Shown here: in pieces, positions 46,093 to 50,331 of the stretch
How positions within the stretch are numbered: the first letter of the stretch is position 1
Layout of the letters: every line of letters begins with the position of its first letter
Source of the DNA: a bacterium
GTDB taxonomy: Bacteria > Patescibacteriota > Saccharimonadia > Saccharimonadales > UBA4665
Direction: 5' to 3'
DNA: 50,331 nt
Assembly: GCA_021781915.1 (NCBI GenBank)
Contig: JAJXVX010000001.1
Span: forward strand, 1 to 50,331
Translations under genes and position numbers: made by a program
The notes under the pieces: generated by a model
The model's input: the letters and a program-made list of their open reading frames with translations, nothing else
What the model was told of the DNA's origin: nothing
The model's database searches: none

Positions 46093-46656
46093 TTAATAGA
46101 GATTCTTATACTGTCGATGTTCGATATCAAGATGTTTGGTTAATTCTTTAATTAACTGCTCAGCCGAATCATTAAAGGTTACTAGTGAACCTCGCTTGAT
46201 TGGATGAGACAAACCTATTAAGGTGTGGATTTCATCACTGATACCTCCTGCGCCCTGTAAGAAACCAATTGGAGTTGACGATTCCATGGCTATAGTAAAC
46301 TCATGAAGTGTACCTAACCTACCTCCAATACTTATTACAGCATCAGATGATGTAATAAGTAGCGTGTCTCGGCCAACATAATGAAGCCCGCTGTATAAAA
46401 TTGTGTCGTAGAACTCAGTTGGTAAACGGTATTTCATGACATGCTCCACTTTAGAGGCAGCTGGAGAGATACCTAGACTCATGCTTCCACCAGCCTTTTT
46501 GTAGGCTTCAGCGGCATAGTTAGGTAAGCCTATTGTTGCTCCACTTAATAAACTATGACCGGCCTTGGCAATGGCGACGCCAATCGATTCAGCCAATCTT
46601 TTGCCTTCTTCGACGCTTTCGCCTTTAGCTGCTCCTGAAACACAAATCTGATACAT
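46093..46656 (-). CDS. LOG / TIGR00725-like (SLOG superfamily) Rossmann-fold protein
   Basis: 187 aa with an N-terminal glycine-rich loop (ICVSGAAKG) and GGRLGTLHEF, which matches the LOG-family PGGxGTxxE motif. An AAAGGG SD lies 6 nt upstream. Confidence 0.7.
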   Translation of the reverse strand: MYQICVSGAAKGESVEEGKRLAESIGVAIAKAGHSLLSGATIGLPNYAAEAYKKAGGSMSLGISPAASKVEHVMKYRLPTEFYDTILYSGLHYVGRDTLLITSSDAVISIGGRLGTLHEFTIAMESSTPIGFLQGAGGISDEIHTLIGLSHPIKRGSLVTFNDSAEQLIKELTKHLDIEHRQYKNLY

Positions 46657-46676
46657 TAATTACCCTTTTAATTCCG

Positions 46677-47870
46677 TTAGTTTACAAATACTTCTTTTAA
46701 TAAATTGTCGGTTCTGACCTTAGCTATACCTGATATATATTCTAGTAGTCCACTGAAACTGAAATACTGATTAATCAGTTCTTTTTTCAAAGACTGTTGA
46801 GCGTTAGATAGACTACGATAGGCAAAATCTACTCCATTTATCATATCTCCGACTATATCCTTAACATTAAACGATACCGCTTGGTGGTGATTAACCTTAA
46901 GTAAATAATTTGTATCAGACCAGAAATCTAAGTTACTCAAATGAAGGATTTTGTTATCTAAACGAGTAAGTGGTGATTGCTGCTGTTCCAAATCAAGATC
47001 TTCTAGAATCGAGTTAAACATATTAATATCGCTAAACTTGGAAACAAACTTGTCTAAAAATTCATTAGGCAAAAGACTAGTGTCGCTCAACATAAAATTA
47101 TAAAAAACAGAAAAATCATCTCGGAATTTTACGAAATCTAACACTCTATCTTTTAAGACCCAAGTATTTATGATTTCGCCGACTTCAATTAAAAGTTTAA
47201 CTAAATTACCCTTACCGGCTAGAGCCTGATCGTTTAAATAAATTGTTGCTGATTTAAAATCGGCCATTACCGAAGTTTCAAATCGTGACTTAATATCTTT
47301 TTTAAATATAATCGGCGAGTAAGACAGGTCATTTATGCTAATGTTTTTAAGTTCACTACGGAGAGATTCTACAGTGCTTAAGGATTCGAATTTTTCAGCC
47401 GACAAATAAATCAATGACATCGGTTCTCGTTTGAACATTGACGATTTAGTGCGGTAGCCTAATGCTTTAACAGTTTTTTTTAGAGGTAATTGATTAAGTT
47501 TGGTTTTTAAAAAGCCGCCCCGTAACGAAAGTAAGTTCATGCCTTCAGTCGCCTGATTAAGTCTCAAGACTAGTCCATCAACTAAATTAGCCTCAGCCGA
47601 TATTCTGTTAGCAGCCAAATACCTAAGGTTGTGAGTTAAGCTATTTTCATCAATCTTCAATTTTTCTCTAAGTGCAAAATACAATTCTTCTGAGGTAGTG
47701 TCGTGTGGATCAAGGCCAAGCATCCTTAACTTTGATCTAATTAAATAACTCATTTTCTCGGTAAAATAGATGTCGTTATTGAATTTACCGCTAATCTGAT
47801 TAATCTTTAATATACCCTGATGAAAACTCGGGTGATGTTGTCCTAATGCAATTTTTAAGAATTTAGTCAT
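46677..47870 (-). CDS. Hypothetical protein, 397 aa, no recognisable motif
   Basis: Long uninterrupted ORF with no TM helix or signal peptide obvious. It ends 20 nt before the LOG-like gene on the same strand. Confidence 0.5.
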   Translation of the reverse strand: MTKFLKIALGQHHPSFHQGILKINQISGKFNNDIYFTEKMSYLIRSKLRMLGLDPHDTTSEELYFALREKLKIDENSLTHNLRYLAANRISAEANLVDGLVLRLNQATEGMNLLSLRGGFLKTKLNQLPLKKTVKALGYRTKSSMFKREPMSLIYLSAEKFESLSTVESLRSELKNISINDLSYSPIIFKKDIKSRFETSVMADFKSATIYLNDQALAGKGNLVKLLIEVGEIINTWVLKDRVLDFVKFRDDFSVFYNFMLSDTSLLPNEFLDKFVSKFSDINMFNSILEDLDLEQQQSPLTRLDNKILHLSNLDFWSDTNYLLKVNHHQAVSFNVKDIVGDMINGVDFAYRSLSNAQQSLKKELINQYFSFSGLLEYISGIAKVRTDNLLKEVFVN

Positions 47871-47937
47871 TTTTTATTTTTAGCTTACTATCTATATTTT
47901 AGCATAAGCACTCAAGTCCGACCTAAAGCAGATAAAC

Positions 47938-48942
47938 TTAAGACAGACGGCTCGGACGATACCAATCGGGTGATTCTCGGAGGTACTTAGTAATCTCTTC
48001 TTCACTCAGCAGACCTTCTTGTGCGCCGGTGTATTGTAAAACGTTCATTGAGTTAATCGGCGCCCACTGTAATGCGCCTTCAATTGAATTTCCTTTAATT
48101 AAAGCCGCCACAAAAGTTGAAGCAAAAGCGTCACCAGCACCTGTCCTATCCTTTGGAGCAGCGCGGTCAGGGTAGAGTGGCATTTGATATCGTTCATTAC
48201 CATTCGAAGCGTACGCACCGTGAGGTCCATCGGTTATAACGACTATTTTTGGACCAAGCTGATGTAACCGATTAAATAAATCATTCATATCCTCGTGATT
48301 TCCGCCTGAAACTAATACAGCTTCCTCTCGATTTAAAATCAAGACTTCGGTTTTTTCGTATATTCGTTTCAATCTTTCAACACCAAATTCCATCTGAAAA
48401 GTACCTGGTTGAAAAGCCATTTTAACTGATGGGTTTTTATCTAGCCAATCAGAGACTCGGTCATGAAAATCTAGTGCCTTATGACTAATCGAACTAAAAT
48501 AAACCCATTTTGGTGTCTCGGCTTCGGTTATTAATGGCCAGTGATAGGGGTAGTCTTCATGTTTGACTAGAATGGTTCTTTCTTCCTTATACCACAATAC
48601 ATAATGATAGTTGCTAGCCATGCCCGAGTTTATTTTAACGAACCGGGTATCAACTTTGTTTTTCTCAAGAGAAGCTATCATGTCACGACCATGCGAATCA
48701 TCGCCAACGTTAGCAACAAAAGATGAGTTTAAGCCGAGGCGAGCAAATGCAACGGCAGCATTAGCTGAATTACCGACCGCTTCAATTATTTCAGCGTGAT
48801 CATAAGGTAATTTGGTACCAAATTCCATGGTAATAAGTTGCTTACCTTCACTATCACTAATTGTTGCTTCACTATCTATTAGTTTAATAAAGGCGTCAGT
48901 TACGATATCGCCTATACTTATAACATCTATTTGATTGTTCAA
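47938..48942 (-). CDS. PfkB-family carbohydrate/nucleoside kinase
   Basis: 334 aa with ISIGDIVTDAF near the N-terminus and DRTGAGDAF (the PfkB DTxGAGD signature) near the C-terminus. Uses a TTG start preceded by GGGGGG and a 4-nt gap. Confidence 0.85.
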   Translation of the reverse strand: MNNQIDVISIGDIVTDAFIKLIDSEATISDSEGKQLITMEFGTKLPYDHAEIIEAVGNSANAAVAFARLGLNSSFVANVGDDSHGRDMIASLEKNKVDTRFVKINSGMASNYHYVLWYKEERTILVKHEDYPYHWPLITEAETPKWVYFSSISHKALDFHDRVSDWLDKNPSVKMAFQPGTFQMEFGVERLKRIYEKTEVLILNREEAVLVSGGNHEDMNDLFNRLHQLGPKIVVITDGPHGAYASNGNERYQMPLYPDRAAPKDRTGAGDAFASTFVAALIKGNSIEGALQWAPINSMNVLQYTGAQEGLLSEEEITKYLRESPDWYRPSRLS

Positions 48943-48978
48943 TTTGCCCCCCTGTTTTTATTTAACTAGTCGTTATCT

Positions 48979-49893
48979 CTAATATATCGCTTTTCCAGAA
49001 GAATTAAAATCTTCAATTTTACTCTCAACTACTGCTTGAACTGCTGGAATGACGGAATTTTTAATCAATTTGGCGACTGAATATTCGTCTTTATTCTCGG
49101 CTAGTATCTTTTCTAGAGTCGTCCTGTAGGCATACCTCATGTCGGAATTAATATTAACTTTAGATACTCCAATCGCTACGGCATCTCTAAAATAATGCCC
49201 CGGGGTATCTGACCCACCGTGAAGAGATATATTGCAATCGATGGCATTTCGAATTTCTTTTAATAAATCTAAGTCTAAGATTTTAGGAACAGGATACTTA
49301 CCGTGGAGGTTACCTATTGCCGCCGCGAACGTGTCGATACCAGTAGCTTCTACGAAATGTCTAGCTCCATCTGGCGTTGAAAAAGTTTTCTTAATCTCAT
49401 CATAATCAATTGTTTCGGAATGCAAATTCGAACTACCGCCGAAATAATGAGGTTCACTTTCAACTAGTGCGCCGGTTAGTCTTGCATATTCGACAATTTC
49501 TTTAGTAGAAGCAATGATGTCTTCATCGCTGGCGTCATGGTTGGCTTGAGAGACATCAATATGGATAAATTCAAAACCGGCCTCAATACCTAGCTTTGCT
49601 GCTTCAACTGATGGGCTATGATCTAGATTAATATAGACTTCGGCCTGATACTCAGCTTTTAAGTTATCTACCATATCCCGTACAGTATCTAAGCCGATAT
49701 CATCTACCTCACCTTGACTAACTTCGACCAAAACCGGTGCCTTTTTATTAGCTGCTGCTGCTAAAACCGCCCTAAGAGTCGCTTCGTCGTCTAGGTTGAA
49801 TGCTCCGAAAGCCCAGTGTTCATATCTTGCCTGATTCATTCTTTCTCTGGCTTTATAACAGTTGAGTTTAATTTGCCTAAGACTTATGGCCAT
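48979..49893 (-). CDS. fba: Class II fructose/ketose-bisphosphate aldolase
   Basis: 304 aa with ...WAFGAFNLDD..., ...LDHS..., ...HIDVS... and ...SLHGGSDTP.... This is the class II aldolase pattern with zinc-ligand His residues. Confidence 0.88.
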   Translation of the reverse strand: MAISLRQIKLNCYKARERMNQARYEHWAFGAFNLDDEATLRAVLAAAANKKAPVLVEVSQGEVDDIGLDTVRDMVDNLKAEYQAEVYINLDHSPSVEAAKLGIEAGFEFIHIDVSQANHDASDEDIIASTKEIVEYARLTGALVESEPHYFGGSSNLHSETIDYDEIKKTFSTPDGARHFVEATGIDTFAAAIGNLHGKYPVPKILDLDLLKEIRNAIDCNISLHGGSDTPGHYFRDAVAIGVSKVNINSDMRYAYRTTLEKILAENKDEYSVAKLIKNSVIPAVQAVVESKIEDFNSSGKAIY

Positions 49894-50331
49894 TATTTTT
49901 CCTTTCCATAATATGATGGACGGCTAAACGAATATGTTCAGCATCAAGCCCAAAATGTTTTAATAATTCGTTAGGGTTACCGGACTCTCCAAAACGATCT
50001 TTAATGCCAATTCGGTGAAGCGGAATGGGAAGATTTTCGCCGATTAACTCAGCAATAGCTCCACCGAGACCGCCATTAATTTGTCCTTCTTCAATTGTGA
50101 CAACCGCACCCGTCTTAGACAGACTTTGTAAAATCGTCTTTGTATCTAAGGGTTTTATAGTCGGTACATGGACGACTTCCAAGTCAATTCCATCTTTGTA
50201 GAGCAAGTCAACAGCAAGTAAAGCTTGAAATGTCATTGATCCAGTCGAAACAACAGTTACATCACTGCCCTTTTCAAAAACATAGGCTTTACCAATTTCA
50301 AACGGAGTTTTATCGGTCGTAAATATACCGG
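49877..50331 (-). CDS. Transketolase C-terminal subunit, 3-prime part (gene runs off the window's right edge)
   Basis: The reading frame stays open upstream of the ORF-track Met. It reads ...FEIGKAYVFEKGSDVTVVSTGSMTFQALLAVDLLYKDGIDLEVVHVPTIKPLD...GGLGGAI, the transketolase C-terminal domain pattern. Confidence 0.85.
   Translation of the reverse strand, partial: GIFTTDKTPFEIGKAYVFEKGSDVTVVSTGSMTFQALLAVDLLYKDGIDLEVVHVPTIKPLDTKTILQSLSKTGAVVTIEEGQINGGLGGAIAELIGENLPIPLHRIGIKDRFGESGNPNELLKHFGLDAEHIRLAVHHIMERKNNGHKS

Noticed and set aside
47905-47913. TAAGCACTC, resembling a CIRCE left arm, upstream of the 397-aa gene
   Set aside because: Only a half-site is present (8 of 9). The position 9 nt downstream reads CTAAAGCAG rather than GAGTGCTAA, so no inverted repeat exists.
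1-50331. Search for CRISPR repeats, IS elements, integrases, toxin-antitoxin pairs, known defence genes, rRNA genes, and UGA recoding
   Set aside because: No direct-repeat array is visible, and no intergenic region exceeds about 285 nt. No transposase, recombinase or nuclease-helicase defence signatures appear in any ORF. Genes end at TGA (for example the PBP at 22562-22564), so the standard code fits. The window is core chromosome, not an accessory island.

Overview
AT-rich, very compact and almost entirely coding: about 39 CDS and 1 tRNA, mostly on the minus strand, with many 1-4 nt stop/start overlaps. The content is core housekeeping. It runs from the str-operon end (fusA 5-prime part, rpsG, rpsL) through rpoC-rpoB, clpP-tig, hisS with tRNA-Leu, rsmD, recG, tyrS, a class A PBP, and radA-clpC. 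It continues with nusA, pepN, rnhB-rplS, a PilB/GspE-type ATPase, dnaE, galU, gatCAB, uvrB, and a sugar-phosphate block (PfkB kinase, class II aldolase, split transketolase). TGA is used as a stop, so the standard code applies. The small genes, missing rplJL upstream of rpoB, tail extensions on core proteins and orphan membrane proteins fit a reduced-genome bacterium, plausibly Patescibacteria/CPR (Saccharibacteria-like). That placement is inference only. I saw no CRISPR array, rRNA, transposase, integrase or prophage signature. The points most worth follow-up are: (1) two near-identical CIRCE (HrcA-type) operators embedded in the -35 boxes of the clpP and clpC-radA promoters; (2) a recurrent -35/N17/-10/N7-12/ATG layout suggesting widespread leaderless mRNAs; (3) a weak hairpin plus U7 attenuator candidate in the nusA leader; (4) a cytoplasmic protein with a full zinc phospholipase-C-type ligand set, translationally coupled to rsmD; (5) a membrane-anchored ORF translationally coupled inside gatC-gatA-X-gatB; (6) a LOG/TIGR00725-like gene plus a 397-aa unknown gene upstream of the pentose/glycolysis genes. 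All protein calls rest on motifs read from the supplied translations. No database search was run.
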